The notes beneath the pieces are model-generated. The model was not told the DNA's origin. It saw only the letters and a list, made by a program, of their open reading frames with translations, and did not search any database. This document shows positions 45,206 through 58,165 of a stretch of 64,000 nucleotides of DNA, one piece after another. The stretch is from Pristiophorus japonicus (lineage: Eukaryota): contig NC_091993.1 in NCBI RefSeq assembly GCF_044704955.1, forward strand, positions 620,001 to 684,000. Reading direction: 5' to 3'. The position numbers were made by a program, and so were the translations under genes. Each line of letters opens with the position of its first letter. Within the stretch, counting starts at the first letter, position 1.

Positions 45206-46621
45206 GATTAACTCAAGCATTCAGCTTGATACATTTTCTTTGATTGCTAATTATTTCGAAACTCTCTTGTCGTGATACACAGATGACGTTTGACCATACT
45301 CCTAGTTTACTTTGCGATGTGAGATCACCTGCGCTGTTGTTTTCCAGGCAACGTGAGGAATGAGTCAAATAAAATCTCTGCCGAAGAATGAAGCTGAGCA
45401 GGGCCCTCTGAACATGTTACAAGAGAAGCAATAAAGAATGTTCTAGCCCATGTGCGTGCTTTTCTTGGCTTGTTTTATGCCTGAACCCAAAGGATTTGAA
45501 GATCTGTAGATTAACTGCATTATGATAAGAGTTGGCCAACGCTTACTCACAGCATGTTACGATAAGGTTTGGACCCATTCCTATTTGGAGATTAGCTCTG
45601 AGGTGTGGTGAGTCTGACACACGAGCATACACAGCGCTATATTATCATGTTTTCCACCAGCGGCGCGTCCTGTATCGGCTAAAGTGACAAATTACCTGAA
45701 CGTGCAGAAACAGAGCAAGTTCTCTTTATGCAAATGGATTTATTCAAAGTGGAGGTGCTTGGGAGTGGGCATTAACGGTTGTTGCTAAGAAGCTGTGCAA
45801 TATTATACCACTGGCAAACAAGGTCAGGCAGGTAATTCAAGCAGTCAGCCATGCCAGTTGGAATAGTGAGTAGGAACTTATAGCAGTTGTTTGCTCTGTT
45901 AGTGATGGTTGATTTTTTTAATCATTGTGGACTGTAAATGCTCAGTGCCAGGCATCTCTCAAGCAATGTAAATTGATTCTGTGGTAAACACAATACCCAT
46001 TTGCATCCGACCTTTGAACTATTAGTAGTGTGACTTAGATGGTCTTGTCCTGTGAGATGCAGGATATGTTCATGTTTGTCTTTAGTGCACAGTGTTTGCA
46101 CCTGCTGTAGGTGCAAGTGTTAAAGAATGTTAAGTGAGCATCGTGCGAGAAATGTTATTTTTAATTGGATTCACTCATCTTCTCTGTAAGGTATCGGGAT
46201 AGATCTTCAACTTGTACCCCGGGCGAGAATAGCGTTGTGGATCGGGAACCCATCGTAGGTTCATAGCCACTGATTCTGTTTTTAATTTAGTTAGACAGAA
46301 TAGTCGGAGGGGGCCGCCAGATTGGCTATGGAGAGTTAGTTGCTGGAGCACAAAATGTTCTGCTAAAGGAGGTGGTTAAAGCCAAGGGCACTGCATCATT
46401 TGAGGGGAGATTGGATAAATGTTTGCAGTGGAGGGCGATTAAGGTCGACTAATCAACAAGTATTATGCCCGGTTGGAACATTGAAAATCTGGCCCCTTGT
46501 CTTGCAGGAGTTTTCTCTCTGTGTGTGAAACAGTTCGGGGTCGCACAATTCAATCCAGCCACTCCCGCCGATCTCACTGCGGTCTCTGGTGTGGGTACAG
46601 TAGTGATTCTACTCTAAAGGG

Positions 46622-47008
46622 AAGAAAGACTTGGATTTATATAGCGCCTTTCACGACCACCGGATGTCTCAAAGTGCTTTACAGCCAATGAAGTACTTTT
46701 GAAGTGTAGTCACTGCTGTAATGTGGGAAATGCAGCAGCCAAATTGCGCACAGCAAGCTCCCACAAACAGCAATGTGATAACCTGTTTTTTTGTTATGTG
46801 ATTGAGGGAGAAATATGGGCCAGGATACCGGGAATAACTCCCCTGCTCTTCTTCTTAAATAGTTCCATGGGATCTTTTACATCCACTTCAGAGGGCAGAC
46901 AGGGCCTCAATTTAACGTCTCATCCGAAAGACGGCACCTCTGACAGTGCAGCGCTCCCTCAACACTGCACTGGAATGCCAGCCTGGATTTTTTTGTGCTC
47001 AACTCCCT
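46622..47008 (-). mobile_element. DeuSINE
   Basis: Reverse-complement tail and core; an opposite-orientation tail lies at 47297-47393. Confidence 0.82.
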
Positions 47009-47749
47009 GTACAATGGGTGGATGGGCAGGATCATGCAATCCTCCGGGCCCTACAAGGAAAGTCTGGTCCCTGCTGTTCCAGGCACACCCCACCATCCGC
47101 GGGACCCTTGCATAACCCCCACTCCCGGATATAACCTTGCAGCTGGCAGCCTTCTCTTGGCCCCAATCCTCGTTCTCCGCCCCCCTGCCACCGGTCCAGT
47201 GATGAAATTCTCCCAGTGTCTCTGACAAAGACCCCCAATGCACATTGTGGCCCATTCCCGTTGGGGGTTAAAAGCCTTCCCCGCAGTTTGCGGTCTTACA
47301 ACAGTGGCTACACTTCAAATGTACTTCATTGGCTGCAAAGCGCTTTGAAGCGTCCGGTGGTCATGAAAGGCGCTATAAAAATGCAAGTCTTTATCTCCCC
47401 CCTCCCCCCCCGCCACCGCCATCCATCAGAGAGCAGAGGAGAGAGAAGTGTCCAGGTGGGATACAGTCAAAAGCCCAACAACAAGACATGGGTTAGCCTC
47501 TTTCAGCCCTCCCCACAAGAGTCCAGTCCGCACTGGCTCTCACTGATTTATATTTTTGCAGATAAATCTCAGAACATTTCCGATAAAACCTTGTAACTTG
47601 TCGACTGCAGTTTAAAAAGAAACAAACTGTGAGTGATATTTTGGGGAAGGAAACAGTATTGAAAATCGGGGAAAATGTAAAAACCCGGTGAAAAGCACCG
47701 CTCCCTGTGAGACTGTAAGGCACAGTCGCTGCATTGTGCTGCATGACTA

Positions 47750-48078
47750 GTCCCTCCATGGACCCATCCCCTTCCTATCGCTCCAACCTTCTCCAGCCCT
47801 ACAACCCTCCGAGATAGCTGTGCTCCTCTGATTCTGGCCTCTGGCACATCCCTGTAGCTTCAGCTGCCAAGGCCCAAAACTCTGGAATTCCCTCCCTAAA
47901 CCTCCTCGCCTCACTCCTTCTCTCTACTCTTTTAAGACTACCTCTTTGACCAAGCTTTTGGTCATCTGGCCATGTATCTCCTTGTGCAGCTTGGCGGCAA
48001 ATTTTGTTTGATTATGCTCCTGTGAGCACCTCGGAACGTTTTGTTACGTTTAAGATGCTATATAAATACAAGTTGTTG
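47750..48078 (+). mobile_element. L2 3' end
   Basis: ctccagccctacaaccctcc...tggaattccctccctaaacc...gctatataaatacaagttgttg. Confidence 0.75.
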
Positions 48079-48858
48079 GTGGTGAATGAAGTACAGCATT
48101 TTGTCATGGATGATTAACTCGAATTGAATCCCGATAATGCACAAAACTAACTTGCCAAGCAATGTTCCACTTGTATCGGGGTCACACTCGGTTCAGGGCC
48201 CCTGTACAATGGGGGCAAGTTGGGAATTGATGCGATTGGATCAGAATGATGCACGGACCACGGATGAGTTGGCCCAGCCTTGTTCGGTATGAATAAGAAC
48301 AAAATGTGGCTTCAAGCAGTTCATGTGGAAAGTGCCGGTGATTGTGACTACTGTGCAAAAATCAAGGTGGCTCATTTACGCTCGATTTCTCTTCCTGTTT
48401 TCCCACCTTAAGGGTTAACGTTCAAGTCTTCAGCACAATTGGGCTGATTAAAGGGAAGAAGTGAGACTGAGGAGTGCAGCTTGCTCACCTGGAGCTGGAG
48501 GGAATCGTTTAATGAACGACTTGGGTAAGTGTTTTGTTTCTGTTGTGGTGATGTTTTATTGTGTTGGTGCAGAGAGAGAATTCACTCAAGCTGTACACCC
48601 AGTAATGCAGCTGTTTTTGCAGATTTATTCATTTACTGACTCTTTCTGGGATTGGCTTAACGTTAGTGGGTGCTACAATCTTTATGCAGACCTTTTCTGT
48701 CACAATAGCAAACATTGTGAGATTTAAATTATGACCATTTAATGAACGTGATCCAAAAGACAGGTTACATAAACTTGGCTTGAATTCCCTTGAGTTTAGA
48801 AGATCGAGAGGCGATCTGATCGAGGTGTGTTAAAATGTTAAAGGATTCGATAGGTTAG

Positions 48859-49681
48859 TGTAATGTGTGCACCAGTGAGGTTGCTCACCGGTTGGTAGAG
48901 CTGTTGCCCACCATGTGGGGGCTGCCTGTCTTTTACCAGGAACTTCTGCGGTCTGGAGGAGTCCGTGTTCCACGTGTGTGTGCAGTGTATGAGGTTGCAG
49001 CACCTCTTCCAATATCTGAAGGGGCTGCTCCTCAATTTCTGGTTGCACTTCAGTCCCACGCTCCTGATCTTTGGGCACCCTGTGCGGAGGGGAGCGGGCA
49101 GGTCGGAAGGCCTCCTCGTAGGCCTGCTCCTGGCCAAGATGGACATTAACCGGTCCAGGCAGCGGGCGGTCGAGGGGGTCGTTCAGCCCGACTGCCTGCC
49201 TCTCTTCCGCGGTTACATCCGAGCCAGGGTGTCCCTGGAGATGGAGCACGCGGTGTCCACCGGTACGCTCGCGGCCTTCCGCGAGAGGTGGGCGCCGGAG
49301 GGACTGGAGTGCATCATCACCCCCGGCAACCAAATTTAAATTTGATCCTTAATGTCTAAAGTTTAATTTGTTTAAGTTTGTCGGTTTTAGTGCCCCTTTA
49401 ATAAGGGGACACTTGTATTAATGTTTCAACTTAAAATAGTTGTAGAGCTGTTGAGTTGGGAGTGGCTCAGCCAGTCACGTGATGTTCACAAGACTCAATA
49501 AAACCCCAGTCAGTTGGGTTCGGGGGATCCACGATGAGGCAGGTGGTTGTGAGCCTGGTGGGTGAACTGGTAATGTGTAGTGTGATTGTTAAACCTTTCG
49601 CTAATAAACCCAATTAGTTCTTAATAGCAATGTGTTAGTATGAATTCTTAAGCAAAGAACCCATGAAGCAAATACAATACA
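48859..49681 (+). mobile_element. Solo-LTR-like element, copy C, carrying a Tx1 insertion
   Basis: tgtaat...aataca; homologous to copies A, B and D. Confidence 0.78.
48909..49440 (+). mobile_element. Tx1-clade LINE 3' end
   Basis: FCGLEESVFHVCVQC (CCHC-like)...AFRERWAPEGLECII; TSD (g/t)gtagagctgttg (48894-48906 / 49441-49453). Confidence 0.87.
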
Positions 49682-50255
49682 GGTAGTTACAGATAAACGA
49701 TTTCCTTTGGTAGGGGAATCAAGAACCAGGGAATTTAATCTTAAAATTAGAGCCAGGCCATTTAGGAGGAAAATCGGGAAGAACTTTTTCACACCATGGG
49801 GAGTAGGAATCTGGAACTCTCTCCCCCAAAAGGCTGTGGAGGCTGGAGGGAGGTGTCCATTTGAGCTCTCAAAACTGAGATCGATAAATTTTTTGTTGGT
49901 AAGGGAATGAAAGAATGAGCAGCTATGGCAGCTAAATGGAGCTGAGGTGCACATGATCTCATTGAATGGTGGACCAGGTTCGAGGGGCTGAATGGCCTCC
50001 TCCGGTTCCTGTCTCTGGTCCTTTGAGCAAACAGTTCTGACAGTACCATACAAACGTGCTCCTCAGAAACTCCATGTTTATCAGTGAACTATTCGTGTAA
50101 TAGCGGTACCTGTGTACACTGATTACACTGTAGATATGCAGTACTCCTGTGTGTTTTAACGCGCGTAGTCCATAACTGTTAAATACCTAGTTGGATAAGT
50201 GGCATTCCAACAGATCAATGGAAGCATGTGGAGCTTCAGTTCCAGTCTTGGCGAG

Positions 50256-50512
50256 TGTAATGTATGCACCTGGTGAGCATGCTCACAGCTGGGAGTGGCT
50301 TAGCCAGTCATGTGATGTTCACAAGACTCAATAAAACCCCAGCCAGTTGGGTTCGGGGGATCCACGGTGAGGCAGCTGGTTGTAAGCCTGGTGGATGAAC
50401 TAGTAATGTGTAGTGTGATTGTTAAACCTTTGTTAATAAATCAAATAGTTCTTAAGAGCAATGTGTTGCTATGAATTCTTAAGCAAACCACCCATGAAGC
50501 AAATACATTGCA
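50256..50512 (+). mobile_element. Solo-LTR-like element, copy D (no Tx1, target deleted)
   Basis: tgtaat...attgca. Confidence 0.8.
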
Positions 50513-51403
50513 GCTCGTATTCAGACTTGCCAATCCATCCCTCTTGCTCAGCCTGTTGGACAAGCACTGTGTGGGTAGCGAGGAGTTCCAATTACAAAGA
50601 AGGAGAAAAAACAGGTAATAGCACAGCTGGCTCCAGCCTGGCATTGACAGCAGGGCACATGTTAAACCACCCTCTTGGTTGAGTAAGGAACCGTGATACT
50701 GAGAGGCGTGAATGGAGGCGTAAAGAGGAGAAATGGAGAATGGCAAAATATCAATATCAACAAGATAGAGAAGGTCAGATGAGGAGGTCAGCAGGAGTTG
50801 TCCCCTCGACCACCATAGGTTGGGGCTAGACTTTCCACTTCACATCGCCCATCCAAGGCCCATCTATCGCCCAAAACGGACCTCTATCGCCCATTTTGAG
50901 CAAAAAGTGGAAACTAGGCCCAAAACATCGCCGGAAAAACAGGTGCCTAAGTTTCCACTTTGATCGCCAAGATGAGAGCCCACACAAGGCGATCCCAAGT
51001 TTCAGTACCTAGCATGCACTTCGCTAGGCCGATGCAAGGCCCAAAGAGTGCTGAGAAATAGTTGCTTTTGCTGGGCCTAAGAGAAGGCAATGGGCACTAC
51101 GGACAACATTTTGAACTTCAGAGGCAGGGTGGAGGATTAGTTGTGAGTTATTTAGAGAGTTAATTTAAAGATAATTGTACTCAGAATATTGGGACAGGGA
51201 ATATAAATTGGTATTATCAAGTTATTTTTGGTACATAGCTTTTATATATTGAAATTATTTTGTAAATAGCTTTTACATAGTGAAGTTATTTACTGATATT
51301 GTTGGGGCCTAGCAAACTGACTGGTATATAGCGTAGAGTGCAGTGATTAGAGAGTATAGAGTAGAGAGATTATTAAAATTAGTGAAAGTAATTATCGATA
51401 GTG

Positions 51404-52591
51404 ATGGGGCCTAAGCTTTCCCTGCCTTTACTTGTAACTGTTCACACACTGGTTACTGAAAGGATCAATCGAAGAGGTGGCAGAGTAATGCGTAGACGGA
51501 GACAGAAGAGGAAACCGTACAGCCAATGAAGGTACTTGGAAAAGCAATCTTACCTGAACATGTCTGAAAATGCTTGTCTTCGGAGGCTGCGATTCCGGAA
51601 GGAGGGCATGGATGAGATATGTCAACTTGTCAAGCCTTTCAACACCATCAGAACCGCACTGTCCATTGAGGTGAAGGTTGCTGCTGCCCTAGCCTTCTAC
51701 GCATCGGGATCTTTTCAGGCTTCAGCTGGCGACATCTGCCATATCTCTCAGCACGCTATACACTGCTGCATTCGACAGGTGACTTTACGCTCGCAGGATG
51801 GACTTTATACGCTTCCCAGTGACCAGGGAGGCACAGACCGGGAGGGCTTTGGGTTTCTCGAGAATAGCAGACTTCCCCAAGGTGCAGGGAGCAATAGACT
51901 GCACGCACATTGCCCTGAAAGCATCCTTAAAGAACGCGGAGGTGTTTCGTAACAGAAAGGGGTTCCACTCACTAAATGTGCAGCTTGTTGTCGACCACAA
52001 TCAAACAATTTTAACAGTGAATGCTACATTTCCTGGCAGCATTCATGATGTGCACATCTTATGTTTGTCAATCAGCCAGAAGGTCACGGTTGGATGCTGG
52101 GGGATAAAGGATATGGCCTTGCCAGTTGGCTCATGACCCCTCTTCGTAATCCCGTCACTGAAGCACAGAAACTGTTTAATGAAAGTCACATAGCGACTCG
52201 CAACATCGTTGAAAAGACAATTGGAGTCCTAAAGCAGCGCTTCAGCTGCCTGGATCATACGGGAGGCAGCCTACAGTACCACCCTGACCAGGTAGCAGAG
52301 TTTATTGTGGTGTGTTGCATGCTGCATAACCTAGCCAAAAAGAGAGGACAAATAATGCCAGATCATGCTGCAGGTCCACCTCCAAAAGGAGATGAGACAG
52401 AAGAGGCAGCCGGTGAGGATGAAGAGGAAGAACAGGCGGGAGAGGACACGGGCGAGGACATAGGGGAGCGCAATCAGCCTGGCCATCTAGCTCCGGTACC
52501 ACCACACCTCTCCCGAAGACCAGTAGCCAGTGGCAGTTACACGGCCGCTAAGCTTTTGCGTCAGCAGCTCATTAATAAACGCTTCGCGTGA
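51404..52591 (+). pseudogene. Harbinger DDE transposase (HARBI1-like) with a premature stop and two frameshifts
   Basis: RLRFRKE, AIDCTH, NRKGFHSLNVQ, PGSIHD, LGDKGY, RNIVEKTIGVLKQRF, CCMLHN. Confidence 0.92.
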
Positions 52592-53030
52592 ACTATTAAT
52601 TGTGGATATTCAAATGTTCAGTTACTGTTAGGGTTAATCAAAAGTTTCATTTGCGTGGGGTTTCCTTGTTGTCTTGCCTCACTGGTTTATCATCTGACTT
52701 AGTTTAAGTAAAGTTTAAAGTACTGGCATAGTAAAGGTACTGGTATAATAACAATAAACAAACAAATATGCATGAAAAACTGTACGTTTGAAAACTAATG
52801 TAACTAAGAGAGAAGGCACAAAAGTTGTTGAATAATTTTTTTTTTCATTAGCAAAGATAGAATTTTTTAAATTAACTAATGAACAACACCCTCCCTCCAA
52901 CCCCCCGCTCCCCCCCCACCCCCCCGCCCCGCAGCATCCCACCCTTCCCTCAAATCCCCAAAACATAAAGAAATTGAACATTTAAGTAACAATAACATTT
53001 ATGGAACTATTGAGAAGCACTCCCCCCTCC

Positions 53031-54711
53031 CTACCTGCGGCCACGTTTCCCTCCAGATCCTGTCCCACCCCGTGTTCGCACCCCACCTGCCCGTTTTGGT
53101 CTACGCAGACAGACACGAATGCGTTGTGCAGTTTGTGATGACAAGATTTCCTGCCGTGGTGGAGGTGACGGAGCGGAAGCAGAAGCCTCCGGCTCCACTT
53201 CCGAGTCAGGAGGAACTGTGTCCTCCGTACTCGCTCGTGCGCTTTGGGGTCTCGCTGCGAGTGGACATGACACCTTGGGGTGCAGCGTGTGTCCAGCCAG
53301 CAACGCATGCCGTAGGGCAGTTCCCTAATCGCCTGCAACGTCTCCCGAGCAGTCTGTGACTGCTCAGAAGACCAGCTGGAGAAGTGCGTGCAGAACTCGC
53401 TCCAGGTTGTGGAGAACTGGTTCCAATTTGATGAGAAACCCGCGAACTCCTGGATAAGGTTGAGACCGATCGCGACCGTCTCCTTGCACAGGGATAGTAA
53501 GCTCTCCGTCTGGTCCTCTGTGGTAGGCGATTGCATAGCGTGCTGACTGGACCTCCGTAGGGTCGGCGTGCAATGTCACACGCCTTGGTGTCACCACCTG
53601 CACACCGCTTGGTCCCGGTGCCTCATCCATCTCAACCGAGGTGGCCGCAGGCCCACACAAAAAACATTTCTTCCTCCTCCTCCTCCTCCTCCTGTCTGCA
53701 GTAGCTCCTCCTCTGGCTCTTCCTCCTGCGAAGTTCCTGAAGGTTCAGTGCTCCATGGACACTTGTTGACCTTTGAAAGACAAATGAAATTTATTAACAA
53801 TGTTTAAAAATTCAAATCAATACATCTCAATTTTTCAAGAACTCAAAACATTACAATGCTTTCCATTACCCCATATGCACAAACGATCACCAGGCCTAAC
53901 ATGACCTCATTCGAAGATCAATAGTACATCTCAATTATATATCAAATTACATTATAATTGCATAACATTACATGCGTAACTAAGATATATGTAGTATTTA
54001 CTATTGATTCACAAATTGCACAATGCACAGTTCTCATTACTCACGTGACTCAAGGGTGGGTTCGGCCACACCACGGGTTGTGACTGAATGGCTTTCTGGC
54101 CCCACCAAGGCCACCGCAAGCTCCTCGTAAGCACTTAAAGACTGGAGCATGGCACAGCCCCCGCCCGTCCTGCGTTGCTCGCGGTGGCTGATAGATATCT
54201 TCGTCTGTAAATGATAAGGTAACATTGCACGGCATAAGCAAATGGATTTGGCAATAAACATTTAAGACTGACAGATTTAAATGTTCAATTACAAATTTGC
54301 ATTACATTGCATAGGAATACAATATTTCATACCATAACATTCAACTTTATGCTGGGGTACATAAATTTATTCATAATTTAGTTATGTTTAAAAATTACGA
54401 AATAACATTGCAGATTCTAGTTACAATTTCCATACATCATTAAATAATATATATGGATGATTTCAAATATAAATTTCAACTTTGGCAGCCGCCAGTAGGC
54501 TGTTCCATCTTTTGTGGCACTGGTTCGGTGTCCGGGCTTCATTTGATGCCGATGTGACCATGTCGGCAATCTCTGCCCAAATCCTCCGATAGGCACAGGG
54601 TGGAGGTTTCCCAGGCCCACTCCGTGTCAGATCCTCCCACCTCGTGCTGACTATATTCACCAGGGCCTCATTGGCCTCCTCGCTGAAGGGCTTGGCCCTT
54701 CACCTTTCCAT
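53031..54711 (-). pseudogene. Harbinger Myb/SANT (trihelix-like) DNA-binding gene; exons about 54711-54481, 54204-54045 and 53770-53031
   Basis: PFSEEANEALV...W...IWAEIA...RTPNQCHKRWNSL; RRTGGG; acceptors ttacag and ttcaaag, donor gtgagt; TGA at codon 4. Confidence 0.8.
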
Positions 54712-55814
54712 TGATCCCTCCACTTTCAAAGAATAAAATGCTGCTGATAAATTTTTAAATTAAATTCTAAGTAGTATTATCACTGCACTTAACAGTATTT
54801 AAAATTTGTTCAAATGCAAAAATAATTTGAAATGTGTGTAATATTATCAGATAAATTCAACCAATCCAGAAACTCCTTCCTCCTTTCTCCTCTCTCTCTC
54901 CCCGACCCTCACAGAGCTTCTGAGTATGTGTGATGACCCCTGACCTCTCAAAACACGGCAAAGAAAATCAACCTTAAAAAAAAATCAAGTTACACATGCG
55001 CAGTATAGCGTTGCTAGGGAAGCTTTTTTTTTCATTCATTTCCATTTTCTTTGGGCGATCGTGAGATTGCCGTAAAATCAGATCACCCATTTGACATCGC
55101 CGGGGTAAGGCCGAGTGGAAAATCGCCCCAAAAAATGGGCCTTGTGCCGCCGATCAGCACGGGCGATATGTCCCACATCGCTGGAACAAGGCCCACTTTT
55201 TGGGGCCTTAGCCACCTAGTGGAAAGTCTAGCCCTTGGTGTAAGAGCTGCAGAAACCTCCGCTATTTGGCGATTAGGTTCTTTTTCTCCAGAGTTTCAGT
55301 GAACGAGTGAGAGAACCATTGCGGAAATTGCCTGTCTAGATGTTTACAGGCTGCATGGGACGATCGTGTAATTGTGGAAATACACTTTTCTTCTTGAAGT
55401 AATGAATTGTAGAATCGCTGCAGGTATGTAATTCCTCCACAGAATGGATGATGGTGTATGTTCTGCTCGCAGTGTAAATGATCAGCCTGTATCGAGGAGA
55501 CCCAAATCTATTCTCAGTGAGTGGAAGCGAGAATACAGATCATTTAGAAGGGCAGAATAAGCGTAAAACGGGTACAACGTGGACCAATTTTGGGGATCAA
55601 CACCTTGTGCCCGAAGGACACCTTGAAAGACATCCAATCGAATAGATCATTTTTCAGGCGTCCAGGGTGGTTGTCTAAAGTGGGCATTAGGCGCCGCCTT
55701 ATGCTATTGTGGGGCCTTATACTTGTTTTAGGACCCATCTGGGAAATTGGGCTGTCCTGGTTGGAGTAGGTACCGGGCCTGCTCTGCTCATGGTTCGCAG
55801 GAGTGGGTGACTCT

Positions 55815-56098
55815 TGGGAATCCCCACCGACTCTTGGGAATCCCTGGCCCAAGATCGCTCAAAGTGGAGGAGAAGCATCCGGGAAGGCGCCGAACACCTC
55901 GAATCTCTTCGCCGGGAGCACACTGAAGCCAAGTACAAACAGCGGAAGGAGCGTACGACAACCCAAGCCCCCACCCACCCGTCCCTCCGACCACCGTCTG
56001 CCCCACCTGTGACAGAGTCTGTAGGTCCCACATTGGGCTCATCTGTCACCTTAGAACTCGTTTTAGTGTGGGAGCAAGTCATCCTCGACTCCGGGGGA
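55815..56098 (+). mobile_element. RTE LINE 3' end
   Basis: WESLAQDRSKWRRSIREGAEHLE...RKER; RTE tail. Confidence 0.82.
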
Positions 56099-56258
56099 CG
56101 GGGAAACAGTGCACAAACCGGGCACTCTGATTCCCTCACTCAGACTCCCGCTGGCCACTCCAGTTGGGCGACGCTCTGCCGGGAGAGCTACATCGGAAAG
56201 TTTACCCCCCAAAAAAGTAGTTTCAGATTGATGTGGAGGTAGGAGGAGATGGAGTGTT

Positions 56259-56948
56259 GCTCCACAGCACTCCCGGGGCCAACAGCACTCACGAGGCCCA
56301 CCTCCCGAGGCCCAAAGCACTCTCTAGACACACAGCACTCCCAGGACCCCTCCCTGGCCTATCTCCCGGGGCCAACAGCACTCACGAGGCCCACCTCCCA
56401 AGGCCCAAAGCACTCTCTAGACACACAGCACTCCCAGGACCCCTCCCTGGCCTATCTCCCGAGGCCCACAGCACTCTCTAGGCCCATAGCACTCCCGGGG
56501 CCAACAGCACTCACGAGGCCCACCTCTCGAGGCCCACAGCACTCCTGAGACCCACCTCCCAAGGCCCACAGCACTCCCGGGGCCAACAGCACTCACGAGG
56601 CCCACCTCTCGAGGCCCAAAGCACTCACGAGGCCCACCTCCCGGGGCCAACAGCACTCCTGAGACCCACCTCCCAAGGCCCAAAGCACCCTCTAGACACA
56701 CAGCACTCCCAGGGCCCACGGTGCTCTCGAGGCCCACAGCACTCCCAGGGCCCACGGTGCTCTCGAGGCCCACAGCACTCCCAGGGCCCACCTCCCAAGG
56801 CCCACACCGCACTCTAGGCCCACAGCACTCCCAGGACCCCTCCCTGGCCTATCTCCCGAGGCCCACAGCACTCTCTAGGCCCATAGCACTCCCAGGGCCC
56901 ACCTCCCAAGGCCCACCTCCCGAGGCCCACAGTATTCCCGAGGCCCAC
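56259..56948. repeat. Minisatellite of ggcccacagcactcc / gaggcccacctcc subunits
   Basis: Mixed 14-18-bp units with a longer block duplicated (caggacccctccctggcctatctccc three times). Confidence 0.9.
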
Positions 56949-57394
56949 TGCTGGCCTGCGATCGCCCACTACCTGTTCTCCATCCCTCTCCTCTCCCAGC
57001 ACTTCGCTGAGAGCCGCTGCCGGCAAGGCAGGTGGCCCACATTCGGATCGCTCGACATGTGTGAACTGCCTCTGTAGACGGGACAGGTCCCGGCAGCTCG
57101 TCTGGACTATTAAGTCAAGACCTCTTCCAAAAACAGGCCCAAACCAATTACCCCCCACCTAGCAAGTCTACAACAGTCACGTGTAGGCTTGATTCCTGAG
57201 TTGAGAATACACTAGTCAGTGAAAAAATGACCATGGAGAGCAGGTTTAATACTGTGGTAAATGCCTTATTTACCAGAAATCTTCCACTGCCAGCAGTAAG
57301 CACTTGCTTTACATATTTAAATACACATTTGTTATCTGTGTCAGCCTTGGCTCAATGGTAGCACTCTTGCCCCTGAGTCTGAAGGTTTGAAGGT

Positions 57395-58025
57395 GACGGG
57401 TTAAGTTGAGAAGGTTGTTAAAAAGAATATGGGATCCTTAACTTTATAAATAAAAGGCTTAGAGTGCAAAAGAAAGGAAGTTATGGGCAACCTTTATGAA
57501 CCATTGGTCGACCTCAGCTGGAGTATTGTGTCCAATTCTGGTCACCACACATTAGGGAGAGGGTGCAGGGGGGATTGATACCAGGGATGAGGGTCTTTAG
57601 TTATGTGGAGAGATGGGAGAAGCTGGGATTGTTCTCCTTAGAGCAGAGAAGGTTAAGGGGAGATTTAATAGAGGTGATTAAAATCATGAATGGTTTTGAT
57701 AGACTAAATAAAGAGAAACTCTTTCCACTGGCAGAAGTCAGTAACCAGAGGACACAGATTTAAGGTCATTGGCAAAAGAGCCAGAGGTGAGATGAGGAGA
57801 ATATTTTTACGCAGCGAGTTGTTATGATTTGGAACGCGCTGTCTGAAAGGGCGGTGGGAGCAGATTCAGTAGTAACTTGCAAAAGGGAATTGGATATACT
57901 CTTGAAAAGGAAGAATTTGCAGGGCGATGGAGAAAGAGCAGGGGAGTGGGAATAATTGGATAGCTCTTTCATAGAGCCGGCACAGACACGATGGGCCAAA
58001 TGGCCTCCTGTGCTGTAAGATTCTG
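57395..58025 (+). mobile_element. Old CR1 3' fragment, preceded by a SINE head at about 57339-57385
   Basis: LGLFSLEQRRLRGDLIEV. Confidence 0.8.
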
Positions 58026-58165
58026 GGCTTCTGTTGTTGTAAAAAGTGAAATGGTTCACTCATGTTCTTCAGGGTTGTGAAGCTGCCCAGTCTGGATACA
58101 AGCGACGCCAGTCCCACATTATGTGGTTGACCATAATAATCCTGTGAAGTGCCTTGGGGCGTTTG

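Larger units (their letters stand above)
48765..50010 (+). mobile_element. Old CR1 3' fragment interrupted by LTR copy C
   Basis: CR1 motifs at 48775-48858 resume at 49682-50010. Confidence 0.75.
50823..55234. mobile_element. Complete PIF/Harbinger DNA transposon (coding regions decayed)
   Basis: 17-bp perfect TIR gggctagactttccact; 3-bp TSD TTG; convergent transposase and Myb/SANT genes; subterminal atcgcc repeats. Confidence 0.93.

Noticed and set aside
51404-52591. Host HARBI1 gene (and NAIF1/MSANTD for the Myb ORF)
   Set aside because: Disrupted frames enclosed by TIRs and a TSD mark it as a transposon copy
56259-56948. CRISPR-like array or repeat-protein ORFs
   Set aside because: No unique spacers, no cas genes, vertebrate context; it is a minisatellite
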